A stretch of DNA of 64,000 bases from Dehalococcoidia bacterium. Lineage in GTDB: Bacteria > Chloroflexota > Dehalococcoidia > Tepidiformales > Tepidiformaceae. Of the stretch, positions 1 to 8,395 are shown piece after piece (within the stretch, counting starts at the first letter, position 1; every line of letters begins with the position of its first letter). A program made the translations under genes and the position numbers. The notes under the pieces were generated by a model. That model saw nothing but the letters and a program-made list of their open reading frames with translations. It was not told where the DNA came from and searched no databases. Location: assembly GCA_022827945.1 (NCBI GenBank), contig JAJEIT010000060.1, forward strand, positions 34,184 to 98,183, written 5' to 3'.

Positions 1-932
1 ATCTCGAAGTAGAAGAGGCCCATCGCGAAGAGGATGAGGCCGACGCCAACCCAGTTGACAGGGAGCTGGCCGAAAGCCACGAAGGCGAGCGCCAGCATGA
101 TGACGCCGATGATTCCGGGGCCGAAGCCCGGGATCAGGAACTCGATCATGAGCGCGAGACTGCCGAGCGATATCAGGGTGAAGGCGATGTTCGGGTCGGC
201 GATGACGGCGAGGAAACGCTCCAGGAAGCTCGTGTTGATGTTGCGAACGGAGACGCCCTCGGTGTTCACGACGACGGGGCCGGCGGCAGTCTGGGCAGTA
301 CGGCCGTCGACCTGGGCCAGCAGGTCTTCGAGGTCCGGGGCGATGAAGTCGATGATGCCGAGGTCGAGGGCTTCCGTGGCCGAATAGGCCCTGGCGTGGG
401 TAACGGTGGCCTCGAGGGCCTCGGCGTTGCGGTCGCGCTGCTCCGAGATTGCCCGGATAAAGGCGCGAGTATCCTCAATCACCTTGCGTTCGAGGGTCGA
501 GGGAAGGTCCTCGCCCGAGCCACTGACGGGCGAGGCGGCGCCGATGTTGGTGGTCGGCTCCATGACGGCGAAGTTGGCGGCAGCGGTGATGAAAGTGCCG
601 GCGGAGGCGGCCTGCGCTCCGGAGGGAGTGACGTAGACGGCGACCGGAGAGCGGGACTCGAGGATTGCCGCAACCATGTCGCGGGTGGAGTCGAGGCGGC
701 CGCCGGGCGTATCGAGCTCGATGACGATCAGGACCGCCTCGTCCCCCTCCGCCTTGCCGATGGCGCGCGAGAGGTAGCGGGAACTGATCGCGTCGATAGC
801 CCCGTCGATCCTCACGACGCCGATGTAGTCGCCCCTGGCCTGGGTTGGCGCCGGCCACTGCGAGAGCAGCAGGGAAGCCACACCGAGGGCCAACAGGATC
901 GCGCCGAACGCGCGCAACCGGTACCTGGCCAT
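1..932 (-). CDS. NfeD-family membrane-bound serine protease (ClpP class). The N-terminal ~310 aa lie in the window; the 3' end runs off the left edge.
   Basis: Absent from the ORF track because it is open-ended. Manual reverse-strand translation from ATG at 932..930 gives MARYRLRAFGAILLALGVASLLLSQWPAPTQARGDYIGVVRIDGAIDAISSRYLSRAIGKAEGDEAVLIVIELDTPGGRLDSTRDMVAAILESRSPVAVYVTPSGAQAASAGTFI... followed by hydrophobic helices (FLIPGFGPGIIGVIMLALAFVAF). This is a signal peptide plus ClpP/SppA-like fold plus membrane domain, as in NfeD proteins. Confidence 0.75.
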   Translation of the reverse strand, partial: MARYRLRAFGAILLALGVASLLLSQWPAPTQARGDYIGVVRIDGAIDAISSRYLSRAIGKAEGDEAVLIVIELDTPGGRLDSTRDMVAAILESRSPVAVYVTPSGAQAASAGTFITAAANFAVMEPTTNIGAASPVSGSGEDLPSTLERKVIEDTRAFIRAISEQRDRNAEALEATVTHARAYSATEALDLGIIDFIAPDLEDLLAQVDGRTAQTAAGPVVVNTEGVSVRNINTSFLERFLAVIADPNIAFTLISLGSLALMIEFLIPGFGPGIIGVIMLALAFVAFGQLPVNWVGVGLILFAMGLFYFE

Positions 933-938
933 GCTTCC

Positions 939-969
939 ATGCTAGCGGGTCGCGAGGGGCAGTTTGCAA
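939..969 (-). promoter_or_regulatory. Putative sigma70-type promoter for the NfeD-like gene, leaderless configuration
   Basis: The minus strand reads TTGCAA, 19 nt, TAGCAT, 6 nt (ggaagc), then ATG. No SD is possible in a 6-nt gap. Confidence 0.4.
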
Positions 970-1072
970 GTGCGGGCAGTGGGATGCGGGAACGTAGGCA
1001 GCCTCACGGCCCGAGGCTCCGACCGTCCACCTATACTTGGCCTCGCAGGCCAGCTGTCGGAAGGGGTGCGCC

Positions 1073-2353
1073 TTGTCGAACGCCCGCTCGCTGCGGAGTG
1101 TGGTTGCGCTGGTGGCGGTGGCGGTCCTCTCGCTCTTCCTTTTCGGCTCGGCGCAGGCCCAGGACGGCGAGGGCGAAGCGTTCTCGGGCACGTTGCGATT
1201 CGGGGGCGAACCGGTCGAGGGGGTCCGGATCTCCGTCGTCGACGCCGCCGGCGAGGTGGTGGGTGAGGCGGTAACGGGGGCGGACGGGCGCTGGCGCATC
1301 GAGCTGCCCGGTCCGGGCACCTACCGGGCGACGATCGACACGGACACGCTGCCCAAGGGAGTGATGCTCCGTGACCCGGAGCGGCAAACCCTGGAGGTAA
1401 CGGTTACGGCGGGGCGCTCCCGGCCGCTCATCTTCGCGCTGGGCGAGCCGGTGAGCCGGGGACCGAACGTCGGGGAGAAGCTCGCACAGGCGGTCCTGAA
1501 CGGGGTCAAGTTCGGGCTGATCATCGCGATGTGCGCGATCGGGCTTTCGCTCATCTTCGGGCTGACGGGGCTCATCAATTTCGCGCACGGGGAACTCGTC
1601 ACGCTTGGCGCGATCCTGGCGTGGTACTTCAACGCGGACACGTTCGGCGCGCAGCTCATCCTCGCGGGGGTGCTGGCAGTGGTGGTCGCGGGAGCGGCGG
1701 GCGGAGGTGTCGAGTTCTCGCTGTTGCGGCCCCTGCGGGCGCGGCGCCTGGGGGGCTTCCAGTTCATGGTGGTCACGATCGGGCTGTCGCTGCTGGCCCG
1801 GCACGTGATGCTGCTGTTCTTCGGACCGGACCGGGAGCGCTACATCGACTACGCGCTGCAGGCGGAGTGGACGTTCGGGCCGTTCGCGGTAACGCCTCGG
1901 GACTTCACGATCATGGTGCTCTCGGCGGTCCTCCTGATCGCGGTGGCGGTGTTCCTGCAGCGGGCCCGCACGGGGAAGGCGATCCGGGCGGTGGCGGACA
2001 ATCCCGAGCTGGCGGAGTCGTCCGGTATCGACGTCGACCGGGTTGTCCTGTTCGTGTGGGCCGCCGGGGCGGCGCTGGCAGCGGTGGGGGGCGTGTTCTT
2101 CGGGTCAGTGGAGGCGGTGGACTGGCTGATGGGATTCCGGCTGTTGCTGCTCATGTTCGCGGCGGTCGTGCTGGGCGGGCTGGGGACGGCCTACGGGGCG
2201 ATGGTGGGCGGACTCCTAATCGGGCTGGTGACGGAGGTGAGCACGGTGTGGGCAAGCCCGGAGATCAAGGCGGTGTTCGCGCTGGGCGTGCTGGTGCTGG
2301 CGCTGCTGCTGCGGCCCCAGGGACTCCTGGGCCAGCGGGAACGGATCGGCTAG
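1073..2353 (+). CDS. livH: Branched-chain amino acid ABC transporter permease (LivH-like) with an N-terminal signal peptide and an extracytoplasmic carboxypeptidase-regulatory-like/Ig-like domain
   Basis: The track ORF is 1037..2353. I prefer the in-frame TTG at 1073, which is preceded by GGAAGGGG (1059..1066); the TTG at 1037 overlaps a TATACT -10-like box (1032..1037). The signal peptide is SNARSLRSVVALVAVAVLSLFLFGSAQA. A beta-rich domain follows (GTLRFGGEPVEGVRISVVDAAGEVVGEAVTGADGRWRIELPGPGTYRATID), then the LivH core (GLIIAMCAIGLSLIFGLTGLINFAHGE). Confidence 0.85.
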   Translation: MSNARSLRSVVALVAVAVLSLFLFGSAQAQDGEGEAFSGTLRFGGEPVEGVRISVVDAAGEVVGEAVTGADGRWRIELPGPGTYRATIDTDTLPKGVMLRDPERQTLEVTVTAGRSRPLIFALGEPVSRGPNVGEKLAQAVLNGVKFGLIIAMCAIGLSLIFGLTGLINFAHGELVTLGAILAWYFNADTFGAQLILAGVLAVVVAGAAGGGVEFSLLRPLRARRLGGFQFMVVTIGLSLLARHVMLLFFGPDRERYIDYALQAEWTFGPFAVTPRDFTIMVLSAVLLIAVAVFLQRARTGKAIRAVADNPELAESSGIDVDRVVLFVWAAGAALAAVGGVFFGSVEAVDWLMGFRLLLLMFAAVVLGGLGTAYGAMVGGLLIGLVTEVSTVWASPEIKAVFALGVLVLALLLRPQGLLGQRERIG

Positions 2354-3349
2354 ATGGAGTTCGACGTCATCTTCGGGAACGCTGCGCGGGCGGGACTGGG
2401 GCCGCAGGCGGCGATCTTCGCGCTGGCGGCCATCGGACTGAACCTGCACTTCGGCTATGCGGGCCTGCTCAACTTCGGCCAGGTCGGCTTCATGATGCTG
2501 GGCGCCTACGGGACGGCGATCATGGTGGCGACGTGGGGTGGGTCGCTCTGGCTGGGGATTCCCTTCGGGCTGGGCCTGTGCGTCGCGTTCGCGCTGGCGC
2601 TGGGCATCCCGACGCTGCGGCTGCGCAGCGACTACTTCGCCATCACGACGATCGCGGCGGCCGAGATCCTGCGGCTCCTGATCCGATCCTCGCCGGCGAC
2701 GGACATCACGGGCGGGCCCTTCGGGCTGCAGGCGATCGCAAACAGCTTCTTCGACCTGAACTTCCTTCCCGACGGGCGCTTCGGTTGGGGCACGTTCAGC
2801 TACTCGTCGAACCAGCTGTGGGTGATGATCGTCGCGTGGATCCTGGTGGTCCTCTGCTCGGCGCTCGTGCTGGCGCTTATCCGCAGCCCCTGGGGGCGGG
2901 TGGTGCGGGCGATCCGGGAGGACGAGGACGCCGTGCTGAGCCTCGGCAAGAACACGGTGGCCTACAAGCTGCAGGCGCTCGTGATCGGGGGCGTGATCGG
3001 GGGGCTGGCGGGGGTCATCGACGCCCTGCAGCAGTCGGGCGTGGGGTCGGAGAACTTCGAGCCGCAGGTGACGTTCTTTGCCTGGGCGGCCCTGATCCTT
3101 GGTGGACTGGCGACGACGGTGGGGCCGGTGGTGGGAGCGGTGCTGTTCTGGTTCCTGCGGGAGGGAGTTGAGTCGTTCATCCGCGAGTTATCGGAGCAGG
3201 GCTGGCTCCCGGACATCCTCGCGGACTTTCTTGACGGGGCAGAGGGAGCCATCAGCATCGCGCTGATGGGCGTGGGGCTGGTCGCGCTGATGGCGCTCCG
3301 CCCGCAGGGCATCTTCGGGAGACGCAGGGACCTGCACTTAGGGACATGA
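2354..3349 (+). CDS. livM: Branched-chain amino acid ABC transporter permease (LivM-like)
   Basis: 331-aa polytopic membrane protein with GLNLHFGYAGLLNFGQVGFMMLGAYG, typical of LivM. The start abuts the livH stop. Confidence 0.88.
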   Translation: MEFDVIFGNAARAGLGPQAAIFALAAIGLNLHFGYAGLLNFGQVGFMMLGAYGTAIMVATWGGSLWLGIPFGLGLCVAFALALGIPTLRLRSDYFAITTIAAAEILRLLIRSSPATDITGGPFGLQAIANSFFDLNFLPDGRFGWGTFSYSSNQLWVMIVAWILVVLCSALVLALIRSPWGRVVRAIREDEDAVLSLGKNTVAYKLQALVIGGVIGGLAGVIDALQQSGVGSENFEPQVTFFAWAALILGGLATTVGPVVGAVLFWFLREGVESFIRELSEQGWLPDILADFLDGAEGAISIALMGVGLVALMALRPQGIFGRRRDLHLGT

Positions 3350-4215
3350 GCGACACAACGACGATGCGGCCAGAGCTGACGGAGGCGGCGCTCGAAGCGG
3401 CCCCTCCGGGGAGGCTGAAGGACGACCCCATCCTGATCACGTTCGGGATGCTGAAGACGTTCGGGGGCATCCGCGCGGTCGACATCGACCACCTGGAGAT
3501 CGAGCGCGGGACGATCACGGCGATCATCGGACCAAACGGGGCGGGGAAGACCACGCTCTTCAACCTCCTGACGGGGTTCGACCGGCCGGATCGGGGTTCG
3601 TGGCGGCTGGACGGGCGGTCACTCGGAGGTCAGCCGCCGCACCGCATCGCACGGCTGGGGATGGTGCGCACGTTCCAGCTCACCAAGTCGCTCTCGCGGC
3701 TGACGGTGCTGGAGAACATGGCGGTGGCCGCACAGACGCAGCGCGGGGAGCGGCTCGAGCGGGCGCTGCTTCGCTGGCTCTGGCAACCGGAAGAAGGGCG
3801 CGTACGGGAGCGGGCGGAGGCGCTGCTGGAGCGCTTCGGGCTCGCGCACATGGTGGACGAACAGGCGGGGACGCTCTCGGGCGGACAGCGCAAGCTGCTG
3901 GAGATGGCGCGGGCGCTGATGGCCGACCCCACGCTGGTGATGCTCGACGAGCCGACGGCGGGCGTTAACCCGGCGCTCACGGAGTCCCTCCTGGAGCACA
4001 TTCGGGAGCTGAACGCCGAGGGCGTCACGATCGTGTTCGTCGAACACAACATGGACGTGGTGATGGACATCAGCGACTGGGTGGTGGTGATGGCGCAGGG
4101 CCGGATTCTCACCGAGGGACCGCCGCAGGATGTGGTCGCGAACGAAGAGGTGATCGATGCCTACCTGGGCCGGCCGCGGGACCCGGCGGACGGGGAGGAT
4201 GCCGAGGATGCCTGA
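3346..4215 (+). CDS. livG: Branched-chain amino acid ABC transporter ATP-binding protein (LivG-like)
   Basis: Walker A GPNGAGKTT, ABC signature LSGGQRKLLEMARAL, Walker B LVMLDEPTAG. ATGA overlap with livM. Confidence 0.92.
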   Translation: MSDTTTMRPELTEAALEAAPPGRLKDDPILITFGMLKTFGGIRAVDIDHLEIERGTITAIIGPNGAGKTTLFNLLTGFDRPDRGSWRLDGRSLGGQPPHRIARLGMVRTFQLTKSLSRLTVLENMAVAAQTQRGERLERALLRWLWQPEEGRVRERAEALLERFGLAHMVDEQAGTLSGGQRKLLEMARALMADPTLVMLDEPTAGVNPALTESLLEHIRELNAEGVTIVFVEHNMDVVMDISDWVVVMAQGRILTEGPPQDVVANEEVIDAYLGRPRDPADGEDAEDA

Positions 4216-4948
4216 AGCGAGGCCGCTGCTGGAGGCGCGAGCGCTGGTGGCGGGGTACCTGCCCGGGGTGCCCATCCTGAACAACTGCAGCCTGAGCCTG
4301 TTCGAGGGGGAGATCGCGGGCATCGTGGGACCGAACGGGGCGGGCAAGTCGACGTTGCTGAAAGCAGCGTTCGGGCTGGTGGAGGTGTGGGAGGGGGAGG
4401 TGCTGCTACGGGGGCGTTCGATCCTGGGCATGAAGCCGCACTCGCTCGTCACGGAGGGCATCGGGTACGTGCCGCAGACGGACAACGTGTTCCCGCGGCT
4501 GAGCGTGCGCGAGAACCTCGAGATGGGCCTGTTCCTGGAGCCGCGGGCCTGGGAGGAGCGGTTCGAGGCGGTGGCAGCGCTGTTCCCGCTGCTGGGGGAG
4601 CGGTCGGGGCAGCGGGCAGGGGCGCTCTCGGGGGGCGAGCGGCAGATGCTGGCGATGGGGCGCGCCCTGATGATGAACCCCTCGGTGCTGCTGCTGGATG
4701 AGCCCTCGGCGGGCCTCTCGCCCAGGTACCAGGAGCAGGTGTTCGAGCAGGTGCTGGAGGTGAACCGGGCGGGCGTCTCGGTGCTGATGGTGGAGCAGAA
4801 CGCGCGCCGCTGCCTGCAGGTCGCGCACCGCGGGTACGTGCTCGACCAGGGGCGGAACGCCTACACGGGGCCCGGGGAGGAACTCCTGAACGACGAGCGT
4901 GTCGTCGAGCTGTACCTGGGTTCGCTCAGCGCCAGGGCGCGCGACTGA
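4208..4948 (+). CDS. livF: Branched-chain amino acid ABC transporter ATP-binding protein (LivF-like)
   Basis: The track ORF is 4157..4948. The in-frame ATG at 4208 overlaps the livG stop (ATGCCTGA). Walker A GPNGAGKST, signature LSGGERQMLAMGRAL, Walker B LLLDEPSAG. Confidence 0.9.
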   Translation: MPEARPLLEARALVAGYLPGVPILNNCSLSLFEGEIAGIVGPNGAGKSTLLKAAFGLVEVWEGEVLLRGRSILGMKPHSLVTEGIGYVPQTDNVFPRLSVRENLEMGLFLEPRAWEERFEAVAALFPLLGERSGQRAGALSGGERQMLAMGRALMMNPSVLLLDEPSAGLSPRYQEQVFEQVLEVNRAGVSVLMVEQNARRCLQVAHRGYVLDQGRNAYTGPGEELLNDERVVELYLGSLSARARD

Positions 4949-4955
4949 GGCACGC

Positions 4956-4987
4956 AAAAGGGGGGCGCCCTGCGGCGCCCCCCTTCG
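4956..4987. terminator. Bidirectional intrinsic terminator between the convergent livF and binding-protein genes
   Basis: Perfect 10-bp GC stem GGGGGGCGCC (4960..4969), loop ctgc, GGCGCCCCCC (4974..4983). It is flanked by AAAA upstream and TT downstream, so the minus-strand transcript ends in UUUU. A second GGCGCC/GGCGCC hairpin lies at 4998..5019. Confidence 0.7.
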
Positions 4988-5030
4988 CAACTCTGATGCG
5001 GCGCCTCCTCAGGCGCCGTCCGGAGTTTCG

Positions 5031-7490
5031 CTAGCGGCTGAGATCGATCACCTGGGTGGACTGCTCCACGAGCTCGCCTCCTGCGAAGCGGCTCACGGTG
5101 TAGGTGGCGATAGTGGGATCTCCGCCGGCATCGAGCGCCAGCGGGCCAACCTTGCCGACGTAGGCGACATCCTCGCCGTTCTCGATACGAGAGGCGCAGT
5201 CGGCGTACGTCGTGCACTCGGTGCCGCCGCTCGTGACCTCGCTGACGGCAACGATGAGGTCGTCGCCGTCGGTGCTGCCCGCGGCCTTGGCGGCGAGCGC
5301 GAGGATGACGGCGCAGTCGTAGGACTGGGCTCCGAAGGCGAAATTGCCCTCGGAGACGCTTTCCAGCCGCTCGATGAACTCGTCGTAGACGGAACCGGCG
5401 GGCGCCGTCGCGACGAAAAGCGTCATGCCCTCGAGGACGTTGGGGTCATTGGCGTCGATGTCCTGCCAGAGGTCGGGGCGGTAGATGCCGTCCGACCCGT
5501 AGAAGGTGGAGGGGTCGTAGCCGGCCTCGAGGAGGCCGCGGATGAGGTTGAGGCCCTCGTCGAAGACGATGAGCACGATGGCGTCGGGGGCGTACCCGCG
5601 GACGTTCGCGATCTCGGAGTCGAACGTGACGGCCTGCGGGTCGTAGCTGATGGTTTCCGATTCGGCGCCGAGCTCGGCGAGACGGCCCGCGAGCAGGGCG
5701 GCGAGCGCGTTCCCGTAGTCATCGGCACGGGCGACGATGGAGACGCGGGTGCCGCCACGCTCGACGACGGTGTCGGCCATGACGGGGGCGATTGCGGCAT
5801 CGGATGGAGCGGTGCGGAAGTAGTAGCCCGCGTTCGCCTGTCCGGTGAAGCTGGGTGAGGTGTTGGAGGGGGAGCACTGGGGGATGCGCTCGTCGTAGAG
5901 CTTCTGGATGAAGGACTGGGAGATGCCCGAGGAGGCCGCGCCGATGATGACGTGGTTCCCCTCACCCAGCAGACGGTTGGCGGACTCGCTGGCGACGTCG
6001 GGATCCGTGCCGCTGTCGGCGTAGGTGACCTGGATATTGCCGCCCGCCGCGAGGATGTCCTCCTCGGCCAGGCGCACGGAACTGATCATAGGAGTGCCGT
6101 AGGAGCCGAGCGCGCCGGTCTCCGGCAGGATGACGCCGATCCTGAGCAGGGGATCGGCGGGTGCGGCCGGCGCAGGCTGGACCGCGACGCTCGCGCCCGT
6201 GGCCTGCGAGCGCACGGTAACGAGGGTGCCGTCCTCGAACCTCGCGACGGCGTAGGTGCCGACGGTGGGGTTGCGTGAGCCGGTGGCGGAGTCGTCACCC
6301 CCGCGGGCAAGGTCCAGGGGGCCGCTCACGCCCGTGTAGTCAACGTCCTCGCCGGCGGCGATGAGGGTCGCGCACTCAGCGTAGGAGGAGCACTCCGCGC
6401 CACCCTCGGTGAGGCCGTCGATCGCAGCCATGACGGCGTCGCCATCGGTCCCGCCGGCGACCTGGGCGGCCAGCGCCAGCAGCACTACACAGTCGTAGGC
6501 CTGGCCGCCGTAGATGAGGTTGCCCTGGGTAATGCCGGTGAGGCGGTCGTTGAAGTCTTTGCCGCCGGAAGCGGCGATCGCCTTCATGCCATTGAGCACG
6601 CTCGAATCGGCGGGGTCGATGGCTTCCCAGAGGGAGGGCAGGAAGAGGCCGTCGGAGCCGTACTGGATGTCCGCGCCGAAGCCCGCTTCGATGAGGCCGC
6701 GAATGATGCTCGTGCCGTCGAAGAAGAAGCCGATGTTGACGATGGCGTCGGGACCGTAGCTGCTGACCGCAGAGACCTCGGAGTCAAAGGTCGTGGCGGC
6801 CGGGTCGTAGAGAATCGTGTGGGACTCGGCGCCGAGCTCGGCGAGGGCGCCGGCCACGAGCGCGGCAAGCGCGTTCCCGTAGTCGTCCGCGCGGGCGACG
6901 ATGGCGACGCGAGTTCCGCCGTCGCTGACGACCTCGTCGGCGATGATCGGAGCGACCGCCTCATCGGGCGGTACGGTGCGGAAGAAGTAGCCGGCATTCT
7001 CCTGGTCGTTGAACGACGGTGACGTGGCGGAGGGCGAACACTGCGGGATCTTCTGGTCGTAGAGGGTCTGGATGAAGGCCTGGGTAATACCCGAGGCGGC
7101 GGCCCCGACGATGACCTCGTTGCCCTCGCCGAGGAGGCGGTTCACAGCCTCGGTGGCCGTATCGGGGCTGGTCCCCGAATCGGCCATGGTGAGGGTGATG
7201 TTCCCACCAGCAGCGTTGATATCGGCCACGGCGAGCTTGACGGCCTCGATCATGGGAACGCCCAGCGGGCCGAGCGCGCCCGTCTCGGGGAGCACGGCGC
7301 CCAGCTTCAAGGGAACGGCCTCGAAGTCCGCCTCGGGCGCTTCAGTCGCAGCAGCCTGCGTGGCGGGCGCGGCCGTGGGCTCCGGGGGAGTCTCCTCTTC
7401 GTCGTCGCCACAGGCAGCGACCGCGAACACGGTCAGCAGGGCGAGCAGCGGAACCAATACGAGATGTCGAAGCCTTCCAGATGAGTACAA
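5031..7490 (-). CDS. Lipoprotein with two tandem LivK-like (type 1 periplasmic binding protein) substrate-binding modules
   Basis: TTG start at 7490 is preceded by GGAGGGAGG. The lipobox is LLTVFAVAAC followed by an acidic/Pro linker. Module 1 spans aa ~59-428 and module 2 aa ~448-819. They share blocks such as LPETGALG, NRLLGEGN.VI.GAA.SGI.Q.FIQ.LYD..IPQCSPS.TSPSF and ARADDYGNALAAL.AG.LAELGAES. Confidence 0.85.
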   Translation of the reverse strand: MYSSGRLRHLVLVPLLALLTVFAVAACGDDEEETPPEPTAAPATQAAATEAPEADFEAVPLKLGAVLPETGALGPLGVPMIEAVKLAVADINAAGGNITLTMADSGTSPDTATEAVNRLLGEGNEVIVGAAASGITQAFIQTLYDQKIPQCSPSATSPSFNDQENAGYFFRTVPPDEAVAPIIADEVVSDGGTRVAIVARADDYGNALAALVAGALAELGAESHTILYDPAATTFDSEVSAVSSYGPDAIVNIGFFFDGTSIIRGLIEAGFGADIQYGSDGLFLPSLWEAIDPADSSVLNGMKAIAASGGKDFNDRLTGITQGNLIYGGQAYDCVVLLALAAQVAGGTDGDAVMAAIDGLTEGGAECSSYAECATLIAAGEDVDYTGVSGPLDLARGGDDSATGSRNPTVGTYAVARFEDGTLVTVRSQATGASVAVQPAPAAPADPLLRIGVILPETGALGSYGTPMISSVRLAEEDILAAGGNIQVTYADSGTDPDVASESANRLLGEGNHVIIGAASSGISQSFIQKLYDERIPQCSPSNTSPSFTGQANAGYYFRTAPSDAAIAPVMADTVVERGGTRVSIVARADDYGNALAALLAGRLAELGAESETISYDPQAVTFDSEIANVRGYAPDAIVLIVFDEGLNLIRGLLEAGYDPSTFYGSDGIYRPDLWQDIDANDPNVLEGMTLFVATAPAGSVYDEFIERLESVSEGNFAFGAQSYDCAVILALAAKAAGSTDGDDLIVAVSEVTSGGTECTTYADCASRIENGEDVAYVGKVGPLALDAGGDPTIATYTVSRFAGGELVEQSTQVIDLSR

Positions 7491-7551
7491 AACAGCCTCC
7501 CTCCTCTATACGAGGATACTACTCCCGATCCCCGCCCTGGACCCGAGCCCA

Positions 7552-8346
7552 TCACCCACCGGAGGGGGACAGCAAGTGCTCCCTCGCTCCGGCCAAGCAG
7601 GAATCCGGGACGCCGGTCTGCCGCAGGTAACCCTCGGCGCCGCCGTGCTCCTCCCGCAGGTACGAGAGGAAGCGGCGCATGGAGTCGGCCGATGTTTCGA
7701 GGACTTTCGCCCAGCTCTCGCGGGTCATGCGGAGAGCCTCCATCTGCCTGCCGAAGCGATCGACGTGGGGCTGGAGCAGGTCGCCGGTGAGGGCGTAGTC
7801 GAGCGCGATCGTCTCGTCGTCGACGCCGAGGGTGGAGAGGAGGAGGGCGGCGCTGATGCCGGTGCGGTCGCGACCACCGGCGCAGTGGAAGACGAGGGGG
7901 GCGCTGGCGGCATCGGCTGCGACTTCGAAGAGCGTCCGGAAGGAAGCGGCGCTGCGGATGCTCATGTTCATGTAGGACTCGCTCCAATCGACGCGACCAT
8001 CGGAGTAGGCCTCGTACCGCTCCTTGCGCTCCTCCGGAGTCATGACGGTGTCGCCGCCAATGGGGGCGTTGCACCAGGCGATGCCGTAGTCGGCGAAGGG
8101 TGAGAGGCCGTCGGCTTCAAGCTCCGCGGCGTTGCGGAGGTCGACAACGGTGTGGATGCCGAGCACGTCGCGAAGGGTGGTGAGGCCGGCGGGTGTGATG
8201 GTGTGCATCATCCCCGAGCGGTAGATGCGGCCGTGCCGGACGACCCTGCCATCGCGAGTGCGGTAGCCACCCAGATCGCGGAGATTGACGGCGCCTTCGA
8301 CGACGGCATCGAGAACGCGCGGATTGACGCTCTGGGTATTCGTCAC
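7552..8346 (-). CDS. Tyrosine/serine protein phosphatase family protein (Y_phosphatase3-like)
   Basis: The track ORF 7552..9432 is a composite. GTG at 8346 is preceded by AAGGAG and 7 nt. The catalytic P-loop is FHCAGGRDRTG (HCxxGxxRT), and NLRDLGGY lies near the N-terminus. Confidence 0.8.
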   Translation of the reverse strand: MTNTQSVNPRVLDAVVEGAVNLRDLGGYRTRDGRVVRHGRIYRSGMMHTITPAGLTTLRDVLGIHTVVDLRNAAELEADGLSPFADYGIAWCNAPIGGDTVMTPEERKERYEAYSDGRVDWSESYMNMSIRSAASFRTLFEVAADAASAPLVFHCAGGRDRTGISAALLLSTLGVDDETIALDYALTGDLLQPHVDRFGRQMEALRMTRESWAKVLETSADSMRRFLSYLREEHGGAEGYLRQTGVPDSCLAGAREHLLSPSGG

Positions 8347-8395
8347 GGGGCAGCTCCTTCGCAGGCGTGAAGGGTGACAGGGGACGGCTAACGGT

